Made by a program: the position numbers and the translations under genes. The notes under the pieces were generated by a model. The model saw nothing but the letters and a program-made list of their open reading frames with translations, searched no databases and was not told where the DNA came from. Shown piece by piece: positions 26,501 to 39,040 of a DNA stretch of 64,000 bases; the first letter of the stretch is position 1; each line of letters opens with the position of its first letter. Source of the DNA: Octopus sinensis (lineage: Eukaryota); NCBI RefSeq assembly GCF_006345805.1, contig NC_043005.1, positions 17,670,001-17,734,000 on the forward strand. Reading direction: 5' to 3'.

Positions 26501-29500
26501 TGGATGGTGGATTGTTTGGTGTCTACTTTCTGTATCTGAAAGAAAGAGAATATGTGCAATTGTTTGATGACAATTGAGGGAATCCTCTCATACACTGTCG
26601 GATATTCTCACTTGGTTACTCTACTATGCCAAATGCAATACTAACATAAGAGTTAGTCGTGTATACACAAGGTTTTTCATGATTCTGGCATGCTTTTACT
26701 GGCTACATTCCCTTCCCTATCTCCATCCATTTCTGCAAGAACTAAGTGCACATTAAGCATAATTAAATCTCAGAACATTATCATGTCACAAGCACCAGTC
26801 AGATGTTATTTCAAGTTACTGCTCTCCAAGCCAGTAGGGATCCTTTATTTCTCCTGTCCTGGATTTCATTCAGAGTTACTGCTCCTCTACATGTATTGCC
26901 TTCACTATGGCTGACACCTCTTCATAGTGCTGCTAAAGGTTTTCACAGTGTGAAAGTTGGCAGATTAAATTTAGAAACAAGAGAAGCTTCTGGTTTCAAT
27001 GATGTAAAGACAAGACTTAGCCAGCTATTACACAAGATTTTTATTTTTAGGATGGTAAAATTTGATTTGAAGGATAGTTAGCTGTTGTTTCTAGCAGGAC
27101 AAGTCTTCCTTCTTCTAAACATCAATTAAAAGAAATGTTAAATATTTTTGCTCAGAATCTTATTTAAAAACTTAACTGGAACATACAATCAGTCTATTGT
27201 TAGAAATATGGCAAGTATTATATCACCAGACTAACAGCAAAATGAGTTCATCAAATTCCTAACCATCCAACAAATTAAACTTCTTATGGGGTGAGGGAGG
27301 AGTTAGAATGCAACATAATCAAAAAAAATATAAGACCTGAACAATAAGGTTAACTTTGAAAGTATACTAAAATATATTAAAATATATTTCTTTCATGAAT
27401 TTTTTTTTGTTTGTTTTTTTCTTTAAATGGAGACAGTTGTTATTTAGTCTCAGGTCATCCTTGATTGAGTATTCCAGTTGTGACCCTTTATTTAGTAGAT
27501 GTTCAGGACTACATTTTTTTTAATGTATGCTCAATGTTAATAAGATGGTGATGTGTGATCTGAAGGAAACTTCTAGGAGGACAAGTTACCACATAGACAC
27601 TGACTTGTTGGCTTTAGTTGGAATGAACATTTCTCACAGGAATTACAGCATTTCAAATAACACAACACACACATTAAATAGTCACAGTGTCAAATATAAT
27701 AATAATATTTTTTAAAAAAGTGAGAACTGACTCCTGTACATTTCCTGGTTTTAAAACAGGTTCACTGTATCCTTATATTGTAAAAAGCAACTAGAATGGT
27801 TGGTGAAAGGACATTACTTCAAAAAGGAAACAAAATTTCAAAAGCCTGCAAAACTAACCCTCATTTAGCAAGGGAAAAATGGCCTCAAAACATTTGCTGC
27901 TGATGATGATTTCTAGCCATCAAAAATATCTGAATATTCATTTATTTGACCCAAGAGAGTTGAAAAATGAACAATTGTAAGAACTGAACTTTATTCAGAG
28001 ACACTTCTAAATTAGATGTAATCCAGCTCAACTGTCCATTTTTAATCATCTCTACAACCCTAATATTTTGGGATTTTTTTTTCTCCTCTAGATCATGCAA
28101 GTGTTGAACTATGAACCAAGAGATACCAAACTAGGTTAAACATGTAAAATTCCAAGTGTGATATCTCTACAGTTCAAAAAGAAGTTGAAAACACATGTGG
28201 AACAATGTAATTAAATTGTTGTAGATTCACAACTTTACTGAGCACTTAGTCATAACTGATACTAAAGGTCATAGCATACTTCTGAATGACAGTACAGTGT
28301 TACTGATAGAGTGTGACATTCATCATTTTTAGCTGTTAAGTTGGTGGTGCATTGACTCAAGACAGCTGGACTCATAAGACCAACTATATCCAATTGACAA
28401 AAGCATTCCCATTCCCAAAACTGAACATTCAATCCACTCCAGTTGAAAGCACTAAATTATTAAACCTCAGACAATGATGTACCAACTTCCAAATCCTCAA
28501 TCTATTTACCTAGCTGTGACTTTCAACTACAGCCCTCACATTAAGCTACAGTCATGAGCACAAACCACAACTGAAGTATTAATGTTTCGCCTATGTTTTG
28601 TATCCTAGACAAGTTATCTTGCCTCACCCTATCTGTGTATTTATATCACCAGATTCTGCATGTTAAACTGGAGAAAAATCATCAAGAAAATTAAAGGATA
28701 TCAGGAGAAACAAAAACCACAAAAAAGAGAGTAGTGGGGGTGGATGAATGTAACCCTTATAATAAAGTAAGGCGTTTGAAATTTTGAAATGTGTCTACTG
28801 TGTATGATAAATAGATGCCATATATTTAGCTGTTCTCGTTGATGGGTAGGTATACAATTCAGAGCTAAGTGAACAAGCATTACAGAAACAATCCAGTAGC
28901 ACACAACTTTCAATTTACACAAATATGTTGATTTGAGTTAAAGACTTGTATTTGCTCAATCAGCAACCTGACATTGATCGGCTTGTCCTTATTGCAAAAA
29001 ATTCTGTCCAGAAATTTACAACTACATATGATCATCACCAAATGCTGTTCGGCAATTTACAACTAAGACATTTTGAATATCCTAATTAATAATTAATACA
29101 ATTAAGTAAGTATTAGCAAATAGATGGAAGTGGTGAGTGATTTCATACATAGATTTGTTGGATCAATGTTCTTTCAATCACAATAGTGGCAAAAAAAGGC
29201 ACTGACTCACAAGAAATATAGAAATTCAATGAAAATTATTTCAACCCAAACCATGAGGATTAGGATAAAAAAGACTGTGATAAAAGAAAAAGAAAGAATT
29301 GATGTGAGAATCACAACTATCTTTTTTTCCCCAGGAACAAGGTACAGTTTGAATTAATGAAAGAGTACATTAAATTGGCCTCAATATATATTGGTAAGTA
29401 AACAAATTTTAAAAGACAGAATGAAGATATAGATCAGTTATAAAAGAGAAAATTTCAAAACTGATTATCCTATATTAATTAGTTAATGTAAATTTCAGTC

Positions 29501-29957
29501 ATGCTTTGTAGATTATTAAAGGGACATTATGATCATTATGATCACTTTTGTAATTTCATTTCATTTCAAACTGAGATCAAGAAAATTAGTGTCAAGTTCA
29601 CATACAATTATATATACGGACATCATGACAACACAAAGAGGATTCAGGCAAATTCATTATGTATACTTTCCAGTGGGGATTAAGTGCATTTTATTATACC
29701 ACCAGCAATAAAGAGGGTGCCATAAGTAAGAGAGATGAAAGAACTCCCTCTACTCTGTTGGTGCTTTGGAAAGAAAAAAAAACCATTGATTGCAAATATT
29801 ATAATTAATATATCATTAACATTAGGTTTAACCCAAGATTATATGCTTATATATTAATTATATAAAGCGCAACATTTCTGAAGGTGAGAGTAACAAGATA
29901 TGTAACTTGATGAGGAACAACTATCTTAAAGGACTTCATTTGTATATAAAATCATCT

Positions 29958-30150
29958 GGCACAGCAGAGAAACTGCTTAGCAGAATGTCATCCATCTTTA
30001 TGTTCCAAGTTCAAATTCCACTGATATCAACTTTACCTTTAATCCTTTCAGGGTCAATTAAGTAATTAAATACCAGTTCAGTGCTAAGGTCAATATCATC
30101 TATTAACATCCTCTCTAAGAATTTCAAGACTGTTGCCTATAGTAGAAAGG
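29958..30150 (+). mobile_element. Decayed SINE, family C
   Basis: AGTTCAAATTCCACTGATATCAACTTTACCTTTAATCCTTTCAGGGTC...AATACCAG matches family C with CpG decay. Confidence 0.65.
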
Positions 30151-30151
30151 A

Positions 30152-30186
<35 letters not shown>

Positions 30187-30257
30187 ACACACTCTCTCTC
30201 TCTCTCTGAAAGAGTCATGATAATAGCCAATTTAAAACACACGCATACCATTATATA

Positions 30258-30313
<56 letters not shown>

Positions 30314-31427
30314 ATATTTCAGCTTTATTTCCCGTTAACATTAACTACTATAAAATATCAAGACAATTTATTTAAGCACCTATGGGTCAGTGAGACAATT
30401 TATAGTTGGTCAAGGAAAATTTGACACTCTGTGAATTCCATCACAAAATAAAACGAGAATATAAGAGTGTTTTTAAATGGCTACCATGATAGTAGTAATT
30501 GTTTCCATTTCCAAGTCACATGCCAAACGAGTCAATCCCATATATATATATATATATATATGTAATGCAAGTGTGTTTGTGTTTTCATATATACAGACCT
30601 ACACAAGGGCCACAAAAGACTACTGTTCATGTCTAAAGGCAGATGTTTTTTTATGCCACTTGACAGACAAGCAAAAATTTGCTCAACATGCATAAACCAC
30701 CATCACACAGACACGCTGTTGTTTCATCTGCCTCGTTCTACATCAACTAAAGAAAGTTTCTACACCAGTGAATGAGCAGCCAGCATGTCCATCACTGGGT
30801 GGTTAAAACAAAAATCTTTGAAATTACAGGATTCTGAGTCCAATCCCACCAAGTGAAACCTTGTGTAAGCAATTCTAGTAAAGTTTGATGTTAACCAACA
30901 ACCTGTAAGTGCAATTTAGTGGATGGAAATTGTACACAAATACATTATGTATACATGTACTCACATGTGGAGGTGTGTGCTTGTATGTGCATGAGTATAA
31001 ATGTGTGCAAGCATGTATGTGTATGTGTTGTGTTGTGTATGTCTAGACATCTAAGTATGTAAATAAATATAAGGATAGAAAAATAAATCAGAAGTCATGG
31101 AGACCATGTATGCATGTGTGTGTGTGTGTGTGTGTGTATATACATACACACATCATTGTATAGCATCTGTCTTCCATGCATGCATGAGTAATATATACAT
31201 GCACACACACACACATCCTTGTATATGAATATATACACATGCACGCACACGTGTGTGTGTATATATATTTATCAATACTTACTGCAGTATTCTACTTTTC
31301 CTGACAATATACATATATACATGCACACACGTGTATGTGTATATATGCATATACAAGGATGTGTGTGTATATACATATATACACACCCATACATATATAT
31401 ACACACACATGCATATATCTATATCCA

Positions 31428-31671
31428 TGCCGGTGGCACGTAAAAAACAACATTCAAGCATGATCGATGCCAGTGTCGCCTAACTGGCCCTTATGCACGT
31501 AAAAGGCACCCACTACACTTTAGGAGTGGTTGACGTTAGGAAGGGCATCCAGCTGTAGAAACCTTGCCAGATCAGATTGGAGCCTGGTGCAGCAGCTGGC
31601 TCTCCAAACCTCAGTCAAACCGTCCAACCCATGCCAGCATAGAAAGCAGACGTTAAACAATGATGATGATG
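31428..31671 (+). mobile_element. SINE-like retroposon family D with (GAT)n tail
   Basis: GCCGGTGGCACGTAAAA...GGAGTGGTTG(G/A)CGTTAGGAAGGGCATCCAGCTGTAGAAA...CGTTAAAC(GAT)n. Copies at 34624, 37583, 41855 and 45434, and decayed at about 9545. Confidence 0.88.
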
Positions 31672-31797
31672 GTGTGTGTGTGTGTGTGTACACACACTAT
31701 CAATGGTAATAATTGTATGGAACAAATTAATAGTAGATGGCAGGAAACATATAGCAAATAGTCCTAGTAGGAATAATAATAGTAGTAGTAGTAGGAA

Positions 31798-32172
31798 GCA
31801 CTCCGTCGGTTACGACGACGAGGGTTCCGGTTGATCCGAATCAACGGAACAGCCTGCTCGTGAAATTAACGTGTAAGTGGCTGAGCACTCCACAGACACG
31901 TGTACCCTTAACGTAGTTCTCAGGGATATTCAGCGTGACACAGAGAGTGACAAGGCCGGCCCTTTGAAATACAGGTACAACAGAAACAGGAAGTAAGAGT
32001 GAGAGAAAGTTGTGGTGAAAGAGTACAGCAGGGATCACCACCATCCCCTGCCGGAGACTCGTGGAGCTTTAGGTGTCTTCGCTCAATAAACACTCACAAT
32101 GCCCAGTCTGGGAATCGAAACCGCGATCCTATGACCGTGAGTCCGCTGCCCTAACCACTGGGCCATTGCGCC
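31798..32172 (-). mobile_element. tRNA-derived SINE, family A (young, with TSD)
   Basis: Full-length reverse complement of 15210-15574 with CpGs retained. AATAATAGTAGTAGT occurs on both flanks. Confidence 0.92.
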
Positions 32173-32329
32173 TCCACAATAATAGTAGTAGTCTTTATTT
32201 CAATACCCAAAAGAAGATCAATCAATGCCCACAACCCTTTAGACACTAGTGGAGGGGTGGAACTTAAGACTGGAACCATATATTCTTTTAACAGTAAAGA
32301 CACTCAAAGACCACCAGCATGTTGCAATG

Positions 32330-32635
32330 TCGATAACAGTGTTGTAAAAGCAGTAGCAGTGGTTGGTATTTACTAAGTCAAACAGCAGTGGCAGTTGGGA
32401 GTTATGTAGTGTATTATCAATAATAGTAGAAGTGGTAGTATGTAAGTAAGTAAGTAACAGCAAGAGCAGTAGTGGTTGTAGTGACAGTAGTAGTAGTGAT
32501 AATGGTATTTTGTTGTAACACATAATAATAATAGTGATGATAATGACAGTATGTAGCAATTTCAATAGCGTTAGTTATTTAGTAATACCAATAACAGCAG
32601 TAGTGGTTGTAGTAATACGCAATATCAACAGCAGA

Positions 32636-32668
<33 letters not shown>

Positions 32669-32760
32669 GGTGGTGGCAAAGGCTAACAGTAACAGTGGAG
32701 GAGATACTAAGAAAATAATAGCTGTACAAGTAACAGTAGTGTAAGTGGTGGTGCTAATAG
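32330..32760. repeat. Degenerate (AGT/AGC/GGT)n trinucleotide low-complexity tract
   Basis: Direct reading. Confidence 0.7.
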
Positions 32761-32988
32761 AGACAACATTACTATTACCTAAAAACTCACAATTAACTTA
32801 AAATTCACACACACACACACACACACAGAAGAGGGTGTCATTCACTAAGAGGCAGAAGCAGATTTCAACCTAGATTTTCTGTAAAACTATACACCTTTGC
32901 ACACCAGAATTCTGGGAAAACATGAATGGCACAACATGCTATTTGCTACCACTACAAATGTGAGGATTTAGAATTTCATAAGCACAAA

Positions 32989-33023
<35 letters not shown>

Positions 33024-33309
33024 GAGCATATATTCATTAGATGTTGATTACTACAAAAACGTACCAGTCATTCTACAGGGTTAGCAGATTAGAAACGAGC
33101 GTAAGAAGACTGGATGGATGAACGGTAATTTCTACTTTGTGGAGTCACTTTTCATTGTGTCTCGATCATTCTATATTCAATGGAAAGAGAGATGAAGGGG
33201 AGAGAGTATGTGTGTGTGTATTCTGGAGAGAGCTGGGAGAGTGTGGATAAGAAGTGGACAGAGAATGGATGGGTTAGAGGGGGGAAAGGAGAGAAGCCAC
33301 AGAGCGAGA

Positions 33310-33830
33310 AAGAAATGTCGAAAATAAAGAGAAAGAGAGAAATGTCAGAGAGAAAGAGAGAAACGACAGAGAGAAAGAGACAAAGGTCAGAGAGAGAGAG
33401 AGAGAGAGAGAGAAACGCCAGAGAGAGAAGAGAGAGAGAGAGAGAAACGTCAGAAAGAGAGAAACGTCAGAGAGAGAGAAACGTCAGAGAGAGAGAAACG
33501 TCAGAGAGAGAGGGAGAGAAACGTCAAAGAGAGAGAGAGAGAGAGAGAGAGAGAAACGTCAGAGAGAGAGAGAGAGAAACGTCAGAGAGAGAGAGAGAGA
33601 GAGAGAGAAACGTCAGAGAGAGAGAGAGAGAGAGAGAGAGAAACGTCAGAGAGAGAGAGAGAGAGAGAAACGTCAGAGAGAGAGAGAGAGAGAAACGTCA
33701 GTCAGAGAAAGAGAGAGTGAACTGTCGGAGCGAAAGAGAAAAATGTTGGAGAGACAGAGGGAGAAATGTCGGAGAGAAATGTCAGAGAGAAAGAGAGAGA
33801 GAAATGTCAGAGAAAGAAAGAGAGAGATTG
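33310..33830. repeat. (GA)n-AACGTCA compound minisatellite
   Basis: Repeated AAACGTCA/AAATGTCA motifs are separated by GA runs of variable length. This is the source of the 237-aa ER-rich ORF. Confidence 0.9.
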
Positions 33831-34568
33831 TGTCAGTATGTGAGAAAAAATGTGCATGTGTCAGTCAGAGAGAGGGAGAGAGTAAAAACATGAAAAAGAG
33901 GTTCAGTTGGAGTAAGATAAAATGTGTATGAGAGAGAGAGAATTTTAAAAAAAACAGGAAAGGGAGTAAACAGAAAATAGTAGCCGTGTGTGTGTGTGTG
34001 TGTGTGTTGTGTGTATGATTAACCAGTGAGTTAAGTCTACCACGATACCTCAACACACACGCACAGATACACGCCCACCAAATAGGACAGTCAGAACAGC
34101 TTGGAGTGACACCGTTTTTAACATACAACACACAGAGATACATATTTAGACACAAAGTATATACATATATACACACACACACACACATCCAGGTTATTGC
34201 AGTGGTTCCCAAACTGACGTGTAATAGTCAGTTCCCATCCCAAACAAAATATTACACAAATTTTTGACCCCTACCCAACCATATTCTTTATTAATAAGGT
34301 AGAGTTCACCCCTAATGCTTTAGCTTTGCCAGGTGTAAGAATTTATACAAGTTTCAAGACCTCAATTTTATGAAGAAAAGAAATTTGCCCCATTTTTAAT
34401 CCATTCAACCCCATCTGTAAGGAAATTGCTGACCCTTGAATAATAGTAACACTTTATACATATATTTGTGTGCATACTATATACACACATATATATATAT
34501 ATATATGGATACATGTGCCTCATGTATATGTGTGTGTGTGTGTGTGTTGTGTGTGCATATATATATAT

Positions 34569-34623
<55 letters not shown>

Positions 34624-34624
<1 letters not shown>

Positions 34625-34935
34625 ATCAGCAGCATCGTTTAGCGTCCGCTTTCCATGCTGGTATGGGTTGGACGGTGCAACTGGGGTCTGGGAAGCCAGA
34701 AGGCTGCACCAGGCCCAGTCTGATCTGGCAATGTTTCTACGGCTGGATGCCTTTCTTAACACCAACCACTCCATGAGTGTAGTGGGTGCTTTTTACATGC
34801 CACCGGCACAGGTGCCAGACGAGGCTGGCAAACGGCCACGAGCGGATGGTGCTTTTTACGTGCCACCGGCACGGAAGCCAGTCAGGGCGGTGCTGGCAAC
34901 AGCCACGTTCGGATGGTTCTCTTATGTGCCACCAG
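34624..34935 (-). mobile_element. Retroposon family D
   Basis: Reverse complement of 45434-45728, including the repeated GGTGGCACGTAAAA 5' modules. Confidence 0.88.
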
Positions 34936-35029
34936 CTTGCTTACATATGTGTGTATATGAGACAAGAAAATTATTACCTCTTCACACAATATCTGTGCCA
35001 CAGTAATTTAATAATTTAAATTAGTTCAT

Positions 35030-35640
35030 CAGCCATTGTGGACGATGACCATGAACATCACACGAGAAAAGACAGGGCATGGTGTATCCAACTGTGGCCA
35101 ATCAGTCTGATGCTTGCTCAGATGGTTCTGCTGGTCAGCTAGGACTGAAAGCAAAGAGCTGGCTCTAGACTTGTGCAGTTCTGTTCCCTTTGTAGCCCTG
35201 CAATCTTATTCTGTTCATAGGAGGTAGCCCCCTCTGTTGGTGCAGCTCCACCAGGCAGGGCGATTGTGTGCTTGCATTTTCCAGGTGTTGGAGCTGATCC
35301 CAAAGCTCTTTAGAGAGGCTTTGAATGTATCTTTGAAGCATTTTTTCTCTCCACCTTGTGTGCACTTGCCTTCTGCCAGTCTACTGTAAAACAGTCTTTT
35401 GGGGAGTTGTGTGTCAAGCATTCAAACAAAGCAGATTGCCCACCTGACTCGCACTCCCCTCAGGAGTGTGTAAATGCTTGGAAGATCAGCTCAAGAAAGG
35501 ATCTCCATATTTCTTGAGCAGTTCATATGGAAGCAGTTTAGATTTTTGGCATGGCATTCATAAACTGTCCAAGTCTTGCAGGCAGTACAACTGCTTGGTA
35601 CACTTTCAACTTGGTGGCCAGCCTAATGCCTCTTCACCCA
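35030..35640 (-). mobile_element. Decayed RTE (BovB-like) LINE 3' fragment
   Basis: ORF 35215-35421 reads LPKRLFYSRLAEGKCTQGGEKKCFKDTFKASLKSFGISSNTWKMQAHNRPAW, matching the RTE C-terminal LPK.LFYGEL..GKR..GGQKKRFKD.LK motif. Confidence 0.82.
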
Positions 35641-35940
35641 TACATATACCCACATATGTAGGTATGAATACATGTGTGAATGTATATGTGTGAGTGTGTA
35701 TGTGCGCACATGCACAAGTATGTATACATACATAACATAGCCATATATCATCGTTTAGCATCCGCCTTCTCTGCTAGCATGGTTAGACGTGTGTGTGTGT
35801 GTGTATAAATATTATAATGAAGGGTATCTAAGAGATACAGAAATAGCAGCCAAAACTTGACTGAAACCATATTGAATGTTCATTCAGCACGAGGAGAGAA
35901 GACAAATAGACAAAATAAAGTAGCAAAAAATTACTGGATA

Positions 35941-35999
35941 ATTCCAGATCCCGGATTTCTAGCTCTGCATAAGAAATGCTTTGCCTTCATCAGTGGAAT
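35941..35999 (-). ncRNA. Minimal type-I hammerhead ribozyme motif (copy 1)
   Basis: Minus strand: ATTCCA-CTGATGA-aGGC aaa GCAT ttctt ATGC aga GCTa-GAAA-TCCGGG-ATC-TGGAAT. Confidence 0.7.
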
Positions 36000-36050
36000 A
36001 GACACAGATAGCACATAAACTACCATTCATATATGTAAGTATTCGTATGT

Positions 36051-36101
<51 letters not shown>

Positions 36102-36125
36102 TGTGTTTATGTGCTATCTGCGTTT

Positions 36126-36184
36126 ATTCCACTGATGAAGGCAAAGCATTTCTTATGCAGAGCCAGAAATCCGGGATCTGGAAT
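36126..36184 (+). ncRNA. Minimal type-I hammerhead ribozyme motif (copy 2)
   Basis: Stem I is ATTCCA/TGGAAT. Core CTGATGA is at 36132-36138 and GAAA at 36166-36169. Stem II is GGC/GCC plus GCAT/ATGC, and the short near-palindromic stem III is ATCCGGGAT. The predicted cut is after AUC at 36178. Confidence 0.72.
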
Positions 36185-36927
36185 TATCCAGTAATTTTTT
36201 GCTAGTTTATTTTGTCTATTTGTCTACTCTCCTGGTGCTGAATGAACATTCAATATGGTTTCAGTCAAGTTTTGGCTGGTATTTCTGTATCTCTTAGATA
36301 CCCTTCATTATAATTTTTATACACACACACACACATGTCTAACCATGCTTTTGTTATCTTACCGTTTTTACCAATATATATATATAAATAAACTAAATTC
36401 CAATTCAATAGGGTAACCAAATACCACTTTCCACAAACAGAGCCACCGCTCCAAGACCACCAATTACTCACTATCAAAATGTGATGAATATTTCAGAAAT
36501 AGATGTTAAGTGTTATTTGCATCTGATGACCTTAAAGTATGGTTTTTCATACAGAAAGTGAAATCATTTGATCCTGAAATATACACATTCCCTACTTCTG
36601 TATTCCATGCAAAATAAGCCTGTTTCTGTTACAGTTTTTGTATTGGCCACGTGTATTTTGATAGTGAATAATTAGTGATTTTGGAGCGATGGGTGTTTAT
36701 AGCAAATGGTATTTAAATGCCCTACTGATTTTGAATTTAGTTTATATTTTACCTATAAAGGTGTAACCTTACTTGCCACCTTATTATCATTAATAACAGT
36801 AATAATATTCAATTTATATATATATATAGATAGATAGATACACATACAGTTTTTATTTATATATATATCTATATGTTTAGAAATACATATACTTATGTGT
36901 TTATTCATATATATATAAACACACACA

Positions 36928-36929
<2 letters not shown>

Positions 36930-36989
<60 letters not shown>

Positions 36990-37006
36990 TGTGTGTGTGT
37001 GTGTGT
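36930..37006. repeat. (TG)n microsatellite
   Basis: Direct reading. One of many (TG)/(CA)/(TA) tracts in the window. Confidence 0.95.
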
Positions 37007-37582
37007 ATTTATATAAAAATTTGTGCATATGTTTCTGCTTTGAAACTTGAAGCAGATACAGCTATAAATAAGAGTGTAAATATTGGGTTAAAATTGCTAC
37101 ATGCTTATTCATAGCTTTATCCGCTTTGAGTTTCACCATTCTGAAAGATTTATTTTGCATTCTCTCAAAGTTTAAAAATTCTTATGGCATCAATAAATAT
37201 GTACATATATGAGTAAATGTGTGTGTGTGTTACATAACACACATATCCAGCTGAATTGACTGGAGAATGTAAGAGGAAGTGTTTTTCTGAAGCACAACAA
37301 TGAGAGGTCACACCCTTACAATCAAGTCAAATACTAGAATCACCAGACCATGTGCCTTTATACATGCGTGCGTGCATGCACACACACTCAAAATGAATTC
37401 AACATCAACTCTTCATTGCTTTCATACTTCAAATGAGACTTCGTTGAAGAGGAATTTTCCTTATGCCAACCCACACCGGTTTTCAACAAACGACACTGTA
37501 TGAACAGTGATACATTATATCTTTACAATTAGTGCATGTTGAGACAAATCCTGAGACCATATAGGACTTGCAAACAAATGAC

Positions 37583-37796
37583 CGTCATTGCCAATGCTCC
37601 CTGACTGACTGGCTCCTGTGCTGGTGGCATGTCAAAAGCACCCACTACACTCTAGGAGTGGTTGGCGTTAGGAAGGCCATCCAGCTGTAGAACACTGCCA
37701 GATCAGATTGGAGCCTGATGCAGCCCATTGGCTTGCCAGACCTCAGTCAAACTGTTCAACCCATGCCAGCATGGAAAGCAGATGTTAAATGATATG
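37583..37796 (+). mobile_element. Retroposon family D (older copy)
   Basis: Homologous to 31428-31671 with CpG decay. Confidence 0.8.
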
Positions 37797-37876
37797 ATTT
37801 ATATAAATATATACATATAAAACGATTTGTTTACAGCCAGTATACATATGCCAAAAGAAAGGGAATACACAAACAG

Positions 37877-37915
<39 letters not shown>

Positions 37916-37932
37916 TACATACACATAGGATA

Positions 37933-38090
37933 TACATTATTTAAATTTTGATGGATTTTGCCCTCATCCTGTTGATGAAGGCTGGAGGGTATATCAGCCA
38001 AAACATTGTGTTAACAACAAACAAGATGAGGACAAAATCCGTCATAATATAAATAATGTACATAATTCCTCATCTCTTACATATAGTACT
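37933..38090 (+). mobile_element. Penelope-like pseudo-LTR remnant with degenerate hammerhead
   Basis: Inverted arms 37933-37973 and 38020-38060 enclose TTGATGA-aGGCTG gagggtatat CAGCC-AAAAC, a hammerhead core with two substitutions. Confidence 0.6.
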
Positions 38091-38316
38091 GTATTACGTA
38101 GGATTTAGTCTCCAACTACTGAATATAAACTACAAGGTATAAATTAGAAGATCTCAAGTAAAAGCATCCCATAGTTGGACCCAAAAACTCTAAGGAGTTC
38201 TGAAGCAAACTACTTGAGCATATGTTTGTGTGTGTATAGACAAAATTACAAATAATTGTATATGTACATTTCTATAAAAGCACAAATACATGCACCTACA
38301 TTATAATACAGATAAG

Positions 38317-38367
<51 letters not shown>

Positions 38368-38508
38368 CACACAGAAATGTGTGTGTGTATATATATATAT
38401 ATATATAATATATATATATATACACACACACACAGAAATGTGTGTGTGTATATATATATATATACACACAGGAATGTACATGCATAAACACATGTACATA
38501 TATATATA

Positions 38509-38746
38509 TTTCACGTTGCTCCAGTTCACTCAGCTGTAGAAATGAGTTGCGACGTCACAGGTGCCAAGCTGTATCGGCCCTTGCCTTTACCTTGGACAAC
38601 ATCGGTGACGTGGAGAGGGGAGGCCGGTATGCATGGGCGACTGCTGGTCTTCCATAAAACAACCTTGCCCAGACTTGTGCCTCAGAGGGTATCTCTCTAG
38701 GTGCAAACCCATGGTCAGTGCCTGACCGAAGGGGGTCTTTACCCCT
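38509..38746 (+). mobile_element. 5'-truncated SINE-like element
   Basis: GC-rich insert beginning TTTCACGTTGCTCCAGTTCACTCAGCTGTAGAAATGAGT (CORE/V-like central segment) and ending in a TTTACCC tail. Confidence 0.55.
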
Positions 38747-38767
38747 TTTTATATACATAATTAGTTA

Positions 38768-39040
38768 GGGGGTTCCAAAAGGGGCTCAGGGAGTAGTGTC
38801 TCTGCCTTCCTGAGCTAGTTTTCCACCACATTTCTTAAAAACCGTGGTAGAGTCCTTGGTCACGGGACCACTCATGTCTAGAAAATCCAGTTCAAAAAAG
38901 CCTCGTGATAGCAAAGGACATTGGGCACCAGCCAGCCAGCCCAAAGGTTGGGATGGGCTGCACCTACCTACCTTGGTTGCTATGGCATTGAGGTAGATCC
39001 GGCCACCCCCGTTAATGACAAAACCCGGATTTAAAACAAT
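38768..39040. repeat. Unclassified GC-rich interspersed element
   Basis: Abrupt GC-rich block in AT-rich surroundings with no recognisable ORF. Confidence 0.4.

Larger units (their letters stand above)
35776..36349. mobile_element. 245-bp inverted duplication, Penelope-like pseudo-LTR remnant
   Basis: Arm 35776-36020 is the near-exact reverse complement of 36105-36349. The 84-bp spacer is mostly (TA)/(TG). Each arm holds a hammerhead motif. Confidence 0.85.

Noticed and set aside
33180-33893. 237-aa Glu/Arg-rich ORF
   Set aside because: Translation of the (GA)n-AACGTCA minisatellite.
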